Of a stretch of 64,000 nt of DNA, positions 1 through 14,729 are shown piece after piece. The stretch's first letter is position 1; the number at the start of each line of letters is the position of its first letter. The DNA is taken from contig NC_057718.1 of the NCBI RefSeq assembly GCF_004010195.1, forward strand, positions 54,374,972 through 54,438,971, in the 5' to 3' direction. The DNA is from Chiloscyllium plagiosum (taxonomy: Eukaryota). The position numbers and the translations under genes were made by a program. The notes under the pieces were generated by a model, which had not been told where the DNA came from, searched no databases, and worked only from the letters and a program-made list of their open reading frames with translations.

Positions 1-799
1 CACCTGCTGAGCCCAAGTCAAGAGAGGATCCCACAGTCATGGACTTCATTGTCATGCATGGGAAGGAATAGGGATAGCAGGTATGTTTGTCAGACGGGAA
101 CCTGATTTCAAGATTGGCTTCAAGACTGCAACAATGCCGTTGGGACTTGCAGGCTCAGGCTGGTTGGTAGCCACCATAGAGAACCAGATCCAGCAGTCTC
201 AGTGTCTGTCAGATATGTGCACAGAGCTGTAATTCATCGCTCCGGCCATTGTTGCCCAGCACCAACCACAAAGTAAGAACATAAGAACTAGGAGAAGGAG
301 TAGGCCATCCAGCCCTTCGAGACTGCTCCCCAAGGTAATGATCATCATCCTTGTTGCCCCTTCCTCACAAGGAGACAGGGCAGTGACAGAAGGCATCCAG
401 TTGGAGGACAAAACACGGATAACCAGTACTCCCCTGCACCCGAAGTCTCCTCCACGAACACTCCAGAGGTGACTGGGTCTCCTATCCCTACCCCTCCTGA
501 CACCCTCGGGAATTCATACTCAAAGACCTGCTTTAGAGCAGGTCACATTCAATATTTATGTGAGCACCATCAGGGTCATCAGACCAAACCTCCAAAATCA
601 ACAGGTTCCACTGTAGGGCAGGCTTCCTCCACCACAGCTGTAGAACCTGGGACTGTACCAAGATATTGTGGAAGGAGAGGAAAGATTACAACCTTCTGAG
701 GTCACACAGGCACAATGAGTGAAACACCACTGTAAATATGTTATCACATTTATATATCTTCTAACCTCTAACCTGTGTGAGCGAATCTGTGTCTAAGGT

Positions 800-1315
800 C
801 AGTTTCTGAAGTTATGGAATTCAATATTGAGTATTCGAGGATATGAAGTGCTTAAGCTTAAAATGGGCTGTTGTCCCTCCACTTGCATTGTGCTTTGTTG
901 GAACACTGCACTAGGCTCAGGATGGAAATATTAGAATGAGAGCAAGGAAAATTATTGAAATGGCAAATATCCAGAAAGTTAGGGTCATTCTACAGAGTGG
1001 AGGTGTTCTTCACCCGGTCTGTATGTAATCTCATCATTGTAAATGAGATCCCATTGTGAACAGCTAATAGAGTGGATTAGATTGAAATGTGCACAAGTGA
1101 AACATTGGAACATGAATTTGGGGACTTGCATAGTGTGGAGGGGGGAGGTGAAAGGCAAAGTGCTAGACCTTTTGCAATTGCTTGAAAAGATACCATGGGG
1201 AAGTGAGGAAGATTTAGGAGTGATGGAGGAGTGGATCAAGATGTCAGACAGGGAATGGCCCCTATAGAGTGCTGACAGTGGAGGGGTGGAAAAGATGGTT
1301 TACTGGTGGCATCCC
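800..1315 (-). mobile_element. Degenerate Penelope-like element fragment (GIY-YIG region)
   Basis: Reverse strand resembles the decayed GIY-YIG segments at 14730..15520 and 52387..53045; no intact ORF. Confidence 0.45.
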
Positions 1316-2699
1316 GTTTTTGGTCTCTGCCCAGTGATCGATTAATCCTTCAAGTGGAACTTCTAATTTCAGTGGGACATCACTTGGTTGGTATTGAATA
1401 GGCTGCTCAGCATACACGTTACCAATGAGTATTTAGGAAGTTTGGTGTTTAATTAAACCATGTAATCAAGTTCTTTTCCTTGATTACATCACGGTAGCAA
1501 TTCTTAAATTTACAACTTTGACTACTGTAGCAAGACAGAAATAAATCTCCAGCTGAGTGTCTCCTTCTAATGTCAATTATTAAAATACAAATTAAAAATA
1601 TTTACATTAATTAGCACAGATGTGATCTCATTTACCATGCCAGAATGTGTGCTTAGAGAGCAGGATAAAAATCAAGTGAAATCAAGTTTATTTAGTAACT
1701 GTTATCACTAATTATCAAAAAAAATCTTATATTTATATTACACCTATGCGAAAGTAAAACATTAAGTTAGATCTCAGGACATAGAGTACAGGCAGCTGAA
1801 ATGGCGGAGCTAGGCAAACTGAGATACACAAGAAGCCAGAACTGAAGTTGTGCAGAGCTTTTGGAGCCTTTGGTAAGTGTGTAGGGTGAATTAGGTCATA
1901 GAGACAGGGAAACACTCATTGAGAACATCTAAACTAAGCCCTTTAATCAGACCCTCACAGATACCCTCGCAGATGTGAGTCTGATGGCTGAAACATGAAT
2001 ATACTTGAGTGGTTTAAAGATTAATTAAGCCAAATTAGATTACTATCTGTCAGTTTTAACCCATTCCACTGAAACTATCAGAGATATGCATCAAAAGCAA
2101 AAAGTTGCAAATGATGAAATCTGAAATTAAAAATAGAAAATGTGTAGCTCCTTGGAGAGGGAGCACACAGTGTCCACCAAGACTCTTATACCGTTAGAGA
2201 GAGGTGAGCACTGCAGAGTGTGGTGCACTTTATCTCTGTTTTCAACTCCATTTTGATTTAGCCCCCTCTCCCTCTCTCTATCACTTCAGGGCATTGCACA
2301 TAAATCATTCAATTGGAAAACATGGGTGATTTACTAGTGGTGGATAATAAATGGAAAAAATACCATGGCTGATCTGGTGAGAGAGAAAAAGACTTCAATT
2401 GTGTGTAATAACCCTTCTAGATGAAAGGAAAAGAAAATGCAGAGAATGCTGAGCTGGTCAGGTAGCCTCTGTGGAAATAAAAAAGGAATTTCAGTTTGTG
2501 ACCTTTCCTCAAATCTTTTATTAAAATTCATCTGGCTTGCTTCAGACTTACTAGCCCCAGTGAAAACCTCACAAGAGATGACTTTGTTTCTTTTTGTGGC
2601 CAGAATATTTTGGAACAAGTTGTGGTGCAAACCTCAATTGTTTCTGCAATTTTGCACAATATTGTGTCGTCAATATTCACACTGGAAAAAGACAATGTT

Positions 2700-4321
2700 G
2701 TCGAGGAAAATATTGAGAAACAGGCTATTAGACTAGATGGGATTGAGGTTTACAAGGAGGAAGTGTTAGAAATTTGGAAAGTATGAAAATAGATAAATCC
2801 CCCGGGCTGGATGAGATTTATCCAAGGATTCTTTGGGAGGCCAGGGAGGAGATTGCCGAGTCTTTGGCTTTGATCTTTATGTCGTCATTGTCTACAGGAA
2901 TAGTGCCAGAAGACTGGAGGATAGCAAATGTTGTTCCCTTGTTCAGGAAGGGGAGTAGAGACAACCCTGGTAATTATAGGCCAGTGAGCCTTACTTCAGT
3001 TGTGGGTGAAGTGTTGGATTAGGTTATAAGAGATGGGATTTATAATCATCTCAATAGGAATAAGTTGATTACAGATAGTCAACATGATCTGTGAAGGGTA
3101 GGTCGTGCCTCACAAACCTTTTTAAGTTCTTTGAGAAGGTGATCAACCAGGTGGATGAGGGTAAAGTGTTTGATGTAGTGTACATGGATTTCAGTAAGGC
3201 ATTTGTTAAGGTTTCCCACAGTAGGCTACTGCACAAAATACAGAGGCATGGGATTGAGGGTGATTTAGTGGTTTGGATCAGAAATTAGCTAGCTGAAAGA
3301 AGACAGAGGATGGTGGTTGATAGGAAATGTTCATCCTGGAGTTCACTTACTAATTGTTGTACTGCAAGGATCTGTTTTGGGTCCACTGCTGTTTGTCATT
3401 TTTATAAACAACTCGGATGAGGGCGTAGAAGGATGGGTTAATAAATTTGCTGACAACACTAAGGTCAGTACAGTTTTGGATAGTGCAGAAGGACGTTATA
3501 GGTTACAGAGGAACATAGATAAACTGCAGAGCTGGGCTGAGAGGTGGCAAATGAAGTTTAATGAAGAAAAGTGTCAGGTGATTAACTTTGGAAGGAACAA
3601 TAGGAATGCAGAGTACTGGGCAAATGGTAAGATCCTTGGTAGTGTAGATGAGCAGAGAGATCTCGGTGTCCATGTACATAGATCACTCAAAGTTGCCACC
3701 CAGGTTGATAAGGCTGTTCAGAAGGCATACGGTGTTTAGCTTTTATTGGTAGAGGGATTGAGTTTCAGAGCCATGAGGTCATGCTGCAGCTGTACAAAGC
3801 TCTGGTGTGGCTGACTTGGAGTATTACATGCAATTCTGGTCACTGCATAATAGGAAGGATGTGGAAGCTTTGGAAAGGGTTCAGAGGAGATTTACTAGGA
3901 TGTTTCCTAGTATGGAGGGAAGGTATTCCGAGCAAAGTTTGAGGGACTTGAGGCTGTTTTCATTAGAGAGAAGAAAGCTGAGAGTTGACTTAATTGAGAC
4001 ATATAAGATAATCAGAGGATTAGATCAGGTGGATAGTGAGAGAATGGTGATGGCTAGCACGAGGAGACATAGCTTCAAATTGAGGGGTGATAAGTATAGG
4101 ACAGATGTCAGAGGTAGTTTCTTTACTCAGAGAGTTGTAGGGGCATGTTGGCACTGCCTGCAACAGTTGTAGGCTCGCCAACTTTACAGGCATTTTATTG
4201 GATAGGCGTATGGACAAGAATGGAATAGTGTAGGTTAGATGGGCTTCAGATTGGTTTCACAGAGCGGTGCAACATCGAGGGCTGAAGGACCTGTACTGCA
4301 CTGTAATGTTCTATGTTCTAT
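2700..4321 (+). mobile_element. CR1 LINE, 5'-truncated, frameshifted ORF2 (RT) plus 3' tail
   Basis: Consecutive ORF pieces KSPGLDEIYPRIL, PEDWRIANVVPLF, NYRPVSLTS, YMDFSKAF, QGSVLGPLLF, FADNTK, LERVQRRFTR, FFTQRVV; ends in a (GTTCTAT)-type microsatellite tail. Confidence 0.93.
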
Positions 4322-4724
4322 CTGCAATAGTTTCTCAATTGCCCCTGTTAGTCTGGCTTCTGTTGTGGAGGCAGAGGCAGGTTTAGAGGTGGGTCTGGTA
4401 ACAATTCCTCACCGCTGGCCAGCTTGCCAGAATGCTGCTGTGTTCCCAACTCTGGTGTATTTTCAGGGATGTGGCATTGAGGGTAGGGAGGGCTGGTGGT
4501 TACGCAACAACGAGAAATGGAAAACCACTTAGTCCAATAAAAATGAGAATGGAGTTGAAAGCTAGTTACAGTTGTGGTCGCATTACTTTGGTGGAGAAAT
4601 CCTCCTTTAGTAATGATGGTCTGCTGCTATGGCCACAGTTTACAAAGTTGAATATTCAACTTTTCAGGGGGCACCTCTAGCTCGGAGGTCTTGTACTGCC
4701 AACCTCTGTTTGGACATTCAGCAT

Positions 4725-4828
4725 TGAGAACCCATTAATGCTCAAAACATTGACTCTCCTGCTCCTCAGATGCTCCTCAGATGCTGCCTGACTGGCTGTG
4801 CCTTTCCAGTACCACACTCTTTGACTCT
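4725..4828 (+). mobile_element. Decayed short Penelope-tail element (hammerhead family, core eroded)
   Basis: ctcctgctcctcagatgctgcctgactggctgtgcctttccagtaccacactc is homologous to the copies at 43002 and 52950. Confidence 0.6.
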
Positions 4829-5689
4829 TCATTACATAGCAGCCATGTAGGAGGCCACCTTCCAGATAATCACTAAACCTGTCTCACTGAGGTGTGTGTG
4901 GACTCTGAAACTCCATTTATTCCAAACATTAGAACTCCAAAGCCTGATGAAAAATACAGTCCATCATGTCGATTTCAAAACATCCAACATCTTCAAATTG
5001 GGGTCCAGTTAACCATTCCACCACTGTACATCTTTTGAGAAGGACCTGTACTGTTAAGGAGCAATGCCTTTAAAATATCTTGCAAAATATTTTATAATGA
5101 CTGCAACAATCATGCACACTTCTTTGACTGTGCAATGAATAGATTATATAATGATATCCATATGGTGCTATGAGTAATATGGAATTTATGCCTGAGAAAT
5201 CATAAACCATTGTTAAAATGTAGAGGGAAGCACCTTTTACAGAATTTAAAGACAATTATGCTAAGCCTCGGAAAATTGTTTGCACTGCAATCTCTCCCAG
5301 TACAAACCTTCATTGATCGCACAGAGGGTGGGAAAGCACAGCTGTTTATCTGTCGACATATGGAGAGAATAGAGAGAAGCAATAAATAGAGGGAATACTT
5401 CTAAAATAAAAGCAACCCTTAATTTAAACATGAGTTATGCTTTTCTTTAAATAAAGAAGTAAATTGGAAACCTAATTTTTGCTCTTTAAACTAAATTAAA
5501 TATTCTAATTAAATAGATTATTGCAGAATATTATATTAATTACATCCAGTGATAAATAGAAACAAATTTACTGTCAACAGTTTTGGGCAAAAAGAAGATT
5601 AGAAAAATGGGAGAAAGTAGGGAAGGGATGTGCAATTATAAGCTTGACACCAGAACTGAGTGGGCACATTCTCATTAAAAAATGGACAG

Positions 5690-6095
5690 ACAGACGTTCC
5701 TTTGCCTAGAAGAGGTAAGTCTGTGGGATGACCTGATAGAAGTCTTTAAAATCGTGGACGGGGTTGTTGATAGGGTTGACATAGAGAAGATGGACTTGAC
5801 CTCCATCTGCATGGAGTCCAAAACTAAAGGCCGGAAAGAGAAGACACACTAACAAATCCAATATGAATTTCAGAAAGAAACTCCTTTACTCAGAAAATGG
5901 TAAGAATGTGGAATTTATGACCACATGAAATATTGAGGCAGATAGCATATAGCATTTACATGGAAGCTATACAAATACATCACGGAGAAAGGGATATAAT
6001 AGTATGGTGATGGTATTGAAGAAAGTTGAGGTGGCTCATGTGAAGCATAGATCCGTTGGACCAAATGGTTGCTTTCTGTGATCTGATATTCTATG
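5690..6095 (+). mobile_element. Old CR1 3' fragment
   Basis: Degenerate match to the CR1 3' end (gacctgatagaagtctttaaaatc ... ctttactcagaaaatggtaagaatgtggaa). Confidence 0.6.
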
Positions 6096-6810
6096 GAAAT
6101 GGTCTAAAGCCTATTCCATATTTTTAGATTTGCAGTAAAATTAATATCAAGATTCTGTTTCTTCATATTTCCCACTCAGATCTTAATATATATAATCTCT
6201 ATTTAAATACTTTGCCCAATTTGAGTGAAATCTTTAATACAACTACGGTGCTGCAGGTCTCCATTTATAGGAAACATCCCCTGGCCTCCACAAGAGTTAG
6301 GAGCTTGTGTGCTTCTCAATGAATCCCAAATGTTACTGTAGGGTAAGTATCCAATTGTTCAGATCTATACTGGAAAGTTACACTTCTCAATATAGTACAG
6401 CAATAGAAGCAGAAGAGCAGGATGCAACTACTCCCACATACATTCCCAAAACCATGAAATGCTGAGTAGCCAAATAATGTTTGACCCATCAGAAGTTCCA
6501 CAAAATTAATGGCTGAGAATGGGGCTTCTAATGGACACTGGGCAGGCCTTGGCCCAAAAAGAGATACCAGTGTGCAATTTAAAGGGATCATGGGAAACTT
6601 ACGTCGAGCTTTTTTAAAAAAACGTTTTTTAAGCTAAAAGCTGATACTTCGAAGAGTGAGAGCACTTTGTGAGTCTGTGAAACCTTTTTTAATAGACATG
6701 ACTCTCAGAGCTTTTAAGACAGTCAAAGACGATGTGAAAAGCATTTTGTAACAGTTCAGTGTTCACATGACCGACATCAGTTGGTCAAGGAAAGCACGTT
6801 TAGGGCAAGA

Positions 6811-7932
6811 TTAGAGTCATATAGAGTCATAAAAGATGTACAGCACGGAAACAGACCCTTCGGTCCAACCTATCCATGCCGACCAGATATCCCTACCCAA
6901 TCTAGTCCCACCTGCCAGCACCCGACCCATATCCCTCCAAACCCTTCCTATTCATATACCCATCCAAATGCTTCTTAAATATTGCAATTGCATCAGCCTC
7001 CACCACTTCCTCTGGCTGATTATTCCATACACGTACCACCCTCTGAGTGAAAAAGTTGCCCCTTGGGTCTCTTCTATATCTTTCCCCTCTCACCCTAAAC
7101 CTGTGCCCTATAGTTCTGGACTCTCCCACCCCAGGGAAAAGACTTTGTCTATTTATCCTATGCATGCCCCTCATAATTTTGTAAATCTCTATAAGGTCAC
7201 CCCTCAGCCTCCAATGTTCCAGGGAAAACAGCCCCAGCCTGTTCAGCATCTCCCTGTAGCTCAGATCCTCCAACCCTGGCAACATCCGTGTAAATCTTTT
7301 CTGAATCCTTTCAAGTTTCACAACATCTTTCCGATAGGAAGGAGGCCAGAATTGCAGGCAATATTCCAACAGTGGCCTAACCAATGTCCTGTACAGCCGC
7401 AACATGACCTCCCAACTCCTGTACTCAATATTCTGACCGATAAAGGAAAGCATACCAAAGGCCTTCTTCACTATCCTATTTACCTGCAACTCCACTTTCA
7501 AGGAGCTATGAATTTGCACTCCAAGGTCTCTTTGTTTAGCAATACTCCTTAGGACCTTACCATTAAGTGTATAGGTTCTGCTAAGATTTGCTTTCCTCAA
7601 ATGCAGCACCTGGCATTTATCTAAATTAAACTCCATCTGCCGCATCTCAGCCCATTGGCCCATCTGATCAAGATCCCATTGTAATCTGAGGTAATCCTCT
7701 TCGCTGTCCACTACACCTCCAATTTTGGTGTCATCTACAAACTTACTAACTATACCTCTTATGCTCATATCCAAATCATTTATATAAATGACGAAAAGTA
7801 GAGGACCCAGCACCAATCCTTGTGTCACTCCACTGGTCACAGACCTCTAGTCTGAAAAACAACCCTCCACCACCACCCTCTCACTTCTACCTTTGAGCCA
7901 GTTCTGTATCCAAATGGCTCATTCTCCCTGTA
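6811..7932 (-). mobile_element. Young CR1 LINE, 5'-truncated; open 312-aa RT C-terminal fragment (6902..7840)
   Basis: [46 protein letters not shown]; octamer-type tail (TCTATATGACTC) at about 6811-6830. Confidence 0.95.
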
Positions 7933-8064
7933 TTATCAAAGGATCAAAGTTAATTGAAAAGTGGGAGGGGCTAATTGGATAAAAGAGACTTTTCCTCTCC
8001 CTTTTATAAGGTGGAAACACCTAAAACTGGGACACAGGATAAAAAGACAAAATAAAAACCAAAA

Positions 8065-8220
8065 GAACTATGGATGCTGTAAATCAGAGACAAAAACAGA
8101 AATTGCTGGAAAAGCTCAACTGGTCTGGCAGCATCAGTTGAGAGGAATCAAAGTTAACACATTGGATCAAGTGACCTTTCTCAGAACACAGGATTCTGGG
8201 GAAGGATCATTCCAGCCGAT
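8065..8220 (-). mobile_element. Short Penelope-tail element, family of 15390/43603/53150/62800
   Basis: aaatcagagacaaaaacagaaattgctggaaaagctcaactggtctggcagcatc is the reverse complement of the tail at 15440-15510. Confidence 0.6.
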
Positions 8221-11200
8221 GCATGATTACAAAAAGGTGTGCAAAACTGCGGGGGGGAGAGTTTGAAGATTCAAAGCTGTAAGAGAAGTCGTTATGTGCA
8301 CTCTGGTGAGGGCAGAAATCTCACCCTGAGCCAATAAATGTTGCTTCCAGGGGAAAAAAGCTGCTGGAGACCAACCGTTATGTGGGTGGGCTTCCTCCAT
8401 TTTTGTGAGGAGCCAGGGAATATGATGCACCATACAATTCAGCCCTTAAAGGAAATGTAGGATTTAGGTCTAAACTAATAACCTGCACTTATCTCTCTGA
8501 TGTAACATCACAATTTAAAACTACCAGACTCAGGCAGAACTGTTTGTGAAATTGGAATTGATAAAATAAATTGATATGTGTTGCTATTTCAAGCATTCAA
8601 AGAGAGATTACCTGAAGATTTCAGAAAACAATCAAACTTTCAAAATAAAACTCACGATGAACCACATAACATTCTAGGTGGCTTCTGGGCATCAAAAATA
8701 AGGTTTGTTTAAAAAAGAATAAATTGAATGTTGACAAACTATGTCAGCCCAACAATACATATTTGAATTTGGGATAATTTTGAAATGAAAAAATGACAGG
8801 CACATTACACCAATTTATTTTAGGTAACAGATTGTCAACTAATAGTTTTTTTAAATGAAACAGGACACATTGGTATCTGAAATTAAATGGGAATGGTTGA
8901 TTTCTGTTTTAATGGTATTGGCCTGGATTTTCATCCTCAAGTTCGGTCACGGGAATTAGTAAAATTCCTAGCTTCACATGTTCACTTTGGGAAGAAGTGC
9001 TGTTAAAGACAGATGGTAATTAGCAGTGAGTGGTGCAAACTGGTATCAGGTCAGCTGACCTGTCAAAGTGGTCTGAGACAGCCAACAATGTGACTGGTGA
9101 TAAGACAGGCCGGTGAAAGGCCTGCTTATCGCTATGGGACTTCGTACTGGTTATAAGGATTTAATTAAGGCCATTAGTCCTCACTCTCATGACCTTCACC
9201 TCCCACATGCTCCATAACATGTCACATCGTGCCCCTCCACTTGCTCTCAGGGCACCCCATACCATCTTTGCCAAGCAATGACACTTTTTCTGTCCATTGA
9301 CCAATTATACACTGTAAAGAATCAGTCAAGCTTATAGTAACAATTGGATGTGTAAAAAAACACTATGTTAAAATGAACACTATGCCCTTTTATTAGAGTA
9401 ATAAAATTGAAAATCACCATAGCTTTTAAACATCAATAGCACCTGAAACCTCTTTAGCCTTATGTAAATTAGAGGAGGAGGTCCTTTTCCAGTAGGATGG
9501 GAGGAACTTTCCAAAAGAGAAAACAAACCCTACTGAAGGTGTCAGAGGAGGTGAGTAGACATGGGGGTCATCTGATGGCTCTGGCTGTAATGTGGCCAAT
9601 TCTTCAGTTCAGAACCGCATGCTTCAGCTTTGTGAGTGACAAACCTAACTGGCCATGTGGGCATGCACAGATTGTCAGGTATTTGGTTTTGGAGTATGGG
9701 TAGGAGCAATAGATGCTGCACGGCTAGGGTATCAATCTAAGCAGCCTCAGTCCTATGCCTAGCTTTTGGAAGGGTGGTTTGGGCAGGAGGTGTTGGGGAG
9801 TGCAAAGCAGGAATATCTCCAAAAAAAGGAGTGAGAAATATCATTTTTGAGTTCCACTTTAAAGGTTGCTGTCTTCAGATATGCTGCTTTATCATACTTT
9901 TATGGTCTTCACCCCCTGGCAAGAGATTGGGAGAAGAGATTGAGATCTAGTGGGGAATGCCTAATATGGCTATAATAACAAACTGCAGGAGGACATTGTG
10001 TAGCTGGCTAGTTGCCAGGGGATAAGATCCATTGGCCAGATTTCTCACAAAGGGATGGAAGTGCAAGGGACCCTTGCTTAATGACATGGCCAGGACAGTG
10101 GAAGTATGGGTGTAGCTTGGAAAAAGGTTGTAGCTCTCCTGAAAAGTCAATCATTGACAACCTTAACATAGCGATGGGCTGAATCTGATGCATGTCACAC
10201 AACAGGAAGTCCCCAGTTGCAAACAGGTTCCATTCTTGAGTCCATTCGCAAGTTCGTGTGTACGCCATTCAGAAAACAATGCAGGACAATCTAAAGTAGC
10301 CTTTCATAAGTACAGGAAATGTTCATTTGTCAGATCTGTAAAATTACAGCCCTGTATGAGATCATGTTCCTAAGTAGATGCATTCATCAGTCGGACATTG
10401 GTCAATTGGGGACCATTGTAATCTCCTTTGCTCCTTGAAACAATCCAAAGTTACAGAAGTTACATTGTTGCAGAAGTCCCAGGCATTGGGTGACCACTCA
10501 CAACTGGATCTGATCTTTTGTGCCAACATCTCACACAGTAGTGTAACAGAGTGAGACAGGAGCTGCAAAAGTACTGTCACTCCCAGAGCTACAGAATTCA
10601 ACCTTCACCTGTGAACCCACTTAGAATAACTCTCACTCCAAAATGATCCTGCAGTGACATCTCTTGGTCAGTCAGCCAAAGTCTGTGAAGCAGATGTTCC
10701 CAAAAGCAGGTTCACCTGCTTCTTCCACTTCTGTGCTCAGAGCTCCTCTGATTCCAGCTGATATTGTGACAATATGCCACTCAGTAAACCCTGAATGATT
10801 GCAATACCTCACCCTTTCCTCATGTAGACCATGCAATCCCTACAAAATTGCACAGGCTATAGCTCACCATAGTAAATTGTACCTTAATTATTTTAATTGG
10901 AAATTCATTAAATTTAGTTGGATGATGAACCAGGTTTCAAGTTCATATCTCACTTGCCTTCCCTAGTCTCATGAACCAGTGTCCATCTGTCTGCTACTCA
11001 ACTCAATGCCAAGATGCAGATTTTTCACTTTGGTGAAAAGGTTGGCCTCGCAAAGTTTCAGCATAAAATTTGATCCATTCTTCCCAAAGTCCATGCAGAG
11101 ATACATTAACAAATTTCATGGCATTTGCAGTTACAAACATCTACAAACAGTCACTTCTTGTACACCCTGTGCATTACTATAACCCTGGAGAAAGCAAGGA

Positions 11201-13921
11201 TTGGAGAGATGACTGGTAATGTGGGGATCCATCGTCTCCCACCATGGCAGTTGGAGGAAATTCAATTAATGAATTAATCTATAAGGAAATGCTAGTTATG
11301 AAACCACTGATGTCATATGGCCTTGAAGGGAGAAAATTGCGTGCCCATACCTAACATGGAAATCGGGACACAATGTTTGTGTGTTGTATATTTAAAATTC
11401 CAGCCCTTTATGAGATTGTGTTTGTAAGTATGTGCATTCATCGGTAGGATATTCATCAGCCAGAGACCCTCTGTCATCTCCTTTTCTCCTTGAAACAAGC
11501 CAAAGGTATCGAAGTTCAAAGCAACTATCGTTGTGAAAACCTAATCTAGCCTATGTGTGACTCCAGACCCACAGCACAATGGTTGACTCTGAACTGCCTT
11601 CTGAAATGATCTGGTAAGTCATGCTATTTCAAGGGAAATTAGAGTGACAGAACACATAAAAGAAAAATCAGAAGGATATGGAGAGGACTGAGGGGGCACT
11701 GAATTAACCCAAATCTAACTCAAACTGATGGGATGCATCTCCTTTCTCTACTGGTTTAAGATTCTAATGTGAAATGCATCCATTTCCTGTGGATGTGAAT
11801 TCACAGCATAAATGTAATGGTAATTAGATACAAATTGGCATTATATTTCTTCTCACTCAGACAGAATGTGAAAATAATTCAAAAGAGAAACTGCAATGTC
11901 AGACTGTTGGACAAGGAGTTACCTTTGCAGTTAAATTAAAGCACAATTTTCTGATTTTTGAGAAAACTGTCTAGAAATTTCTACAATGGAGCATAGTTAA
12001 CAGAAATTTATTTGTTTTAAACAGAAATTGGCTATTAATCTCATAGCGAACTATTTTTGGAATTTAGAAAATATCAGCTGTAGCTGCTGTCTGATACAAC
12101 TCGTTAGACAACTAATGGAAATAAAATACATTCACGTCCATAATTTTCATTCTAAGGTCTACATATTTACAGCAGCCATAGCATGAGGGAGAAAGCACAA
12201 ACCAGTTCAATATACACTGGGTTTGCAAATAAATATCGCTGTAAATCAAGCATATTATTTTTATAGTTGTATCCCCTTATGGACTATTGTAGCTGGCCTT
12301 TTTTTCTCTACATTAATTTATTTTTTTATAGCATTAGATGCCCCAAGATGTTCCCATTATCTCACAATAATGACAAAAAGCAATAACTTCTGAGTGTTTA
12401 GCTGACCTCTCCTGTTTGTGCACAATTATTATTTGGATAAATCAAAGAATCTACAGGAAGCAAAGCTTATCATTGCTTACCAACTTTATTAACCAACAGA
12501 GAAGAATGAGTAGGTTGGAAAGCCTCTCTGATTAAGAATATTCATCATTCTGATTATAATAAGAACAATTATGAGCAATGCATGCTGTTTGAGGGAGAAA
12601 TGTAAATCAGGCATACAATCACTGAATTGTCAATACATGCCAGGGAGAAAGGCTACTTTTCAGGTTCTGCTTTATATCTTGTACCAGATCCTGGTATCAA
12701 TTGTATCAGTATAATCTTTCGACAATACCTTGTAAAACTGCAATTGCTACAACCTAGAAGTACAAGGATTGCAAGTAGATGGGAACACCATCAACTGACT
12801 TCAAACTATATCGCCATTCCTTCATTTTCACTGGTAGCTGGACATTCCTCCCTTAGAGAACTGTTTGTGAACCTACAGCACACAGCTCAAGAGAGCAGCT
12901 CATCTCAGGCTTCTCGGGGCAACTAGAGATGGTTATTAATGTTGGCCTTGCCAGCAATTCCACATCCAACAAACAAATGCAAAAAAAAAAGGAGCATGTA
13001 GAAATCTTGATTTTAGTGTGTATACCATGTTGATTCCTTGCTTGACAGGTTAGCAAAATAATTAATTTAGTTAGAAATTAAAGTTTTAAAATTTAAAGAC
13101 ACATGTGCTGTGGCTACAAGATATCTTGTTAGAAATGCCCCCGAAAGTAAATTTTCACATTTGCTGTTATTCCAATTTGCCAATTCACTTGGCCTCTGCA
13201 TTCTTTGTCAGGGGATTCTACTCTGGTCTTTTCCATTGTGGGCCATTGCCTCTTCTTCACACAAAAAACCTTCAGTTGGGAGTCTTTCTGTATAAACCAT
13301 AGTAAATCTCTTTAACTTCTTGAAACACAGTGGCCATACAGTCCCTGCCTGAGAACTCTCAGGCATTAAATCAAATGAATTACACAAAGAAAATAAGGAA
13401 TTTGCATTTGTATGGCACCATATCACCTACTCATGTCGTTCAAAAGTGCATTGCATCTAATGAATGACTGAATCACAGACACTAGTCTGTGGCCACTGCA
13501 ATATCCATTGTGCAAAACTAAGTCTCAAAAACAGCAGATCACTAACGTGATTATACTAAGAATGATTAATGGGATATCCAGGTGCTATATATGGATTTTC
13601 AGTAGATATGAATAATTCAAAAGAAATTTCCTAATAATTCAGATGCATGAAAAGAATTCCAAAATATAATTCAGATTGATTACTGAGAACAAGGTTTTTT
13701 TCAATAATAATGCTAATATATCAGCAAACTCTCAAATAACAATTAAAAGGGAGCATGCAATAAAAGCAGAATCTTCAGCTGGCTGCAAACCTGGGTAATT
13801 GGGTTTGTCATTACAAGGTGGTGTCACAGAAATAGCATCACATCCTCAATCTAAAGTTTTGAACAAATAAAATGCTGCTGGAGTTTTCATACAAAGCATG
13901 ATTCTGTGTGTATATTATTTT

Positions 13922-14448
13922 AGAATCATAAAGTCATACAGCAGAGAAACAGACCATACCGATAATAATTCCAAACAAAACCAATAGCACCTGCCTGTGC
14001 TTGGCCTATATCCCTTCTAACCTTCCTTATTCATGGACATATCCAAACATCTTTTAAATGTTGTAACTGTACCTGCATCCACTACTTTCTCTGGAAGTTC
14101 ATTCCTCACACGAACCACTCTGTGTAAAAGAAATGCCCCTCATGTCTTTTTAAAATCCTTCTCCTCTCACCTTTAAAATATGCCCCCTAGTTTTGAAATC
14201 CTCCATTCTAGGGAAAAGATACTTGACATTCACCTTATCTATACGCTTCATGATTTTATAAACCTCTATAATCACCCTTCAATCTTCTACACTCGAGTGA
14301 AAAATGCCCCAGTCTAGCCAGCCAATATTTATAACTCAAATCCTCCACTCCTGGCAACATCCTGGTAAACCTTTTCTGAATCCTCTTCTTTCTACAACAG
14401 GATGATCAGAACCAGACACAATACTCCAGGAGAGGCCTCACCAACATA
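13922..14448 (-). mobile_element. CR1 3' fragment
   Basis: Diverged homologue of 6811..7400. Confidence 0.8.
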
Positions 14449-14729
14449 GCACGATTACAATAAATTGTTTCAGCTCAACCTTTTGCTTTCCATCAAAAGT
14501 TTCCTTCTAAGTTTTTCTTGCTGACTGCTGCTATTATTTATCACAAAGCTATTAACCTAATATTCTTCTCATTATTGGGAACAAATTTTCAGTCTATAAA
14601 TAAAGCTCATGACAATAGATCAGGTGCTAACTTATAACAAAGTAAGATAAAATATGATAAAAGTCTGTCACACTCCATCAATGGATTAGGGCTGAATCTC
14701 ACGGCCATACATTGGGTGAACCACCCATA

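Noticed and set aside
1..720. Coding or DNA-transposon-derived sequence (also about 37500..38450)
   Set aside because: GC-richer and repeat-like, but no diagnostic motif or terminal repeat could be supported by eye.
6836..7552. 238-aa plus-strand ORF (and similar ORFs at 22134, 39042, 59283)
   Set aside because: Antisense shadow of the CR1 RT frame, repeated in each copy.
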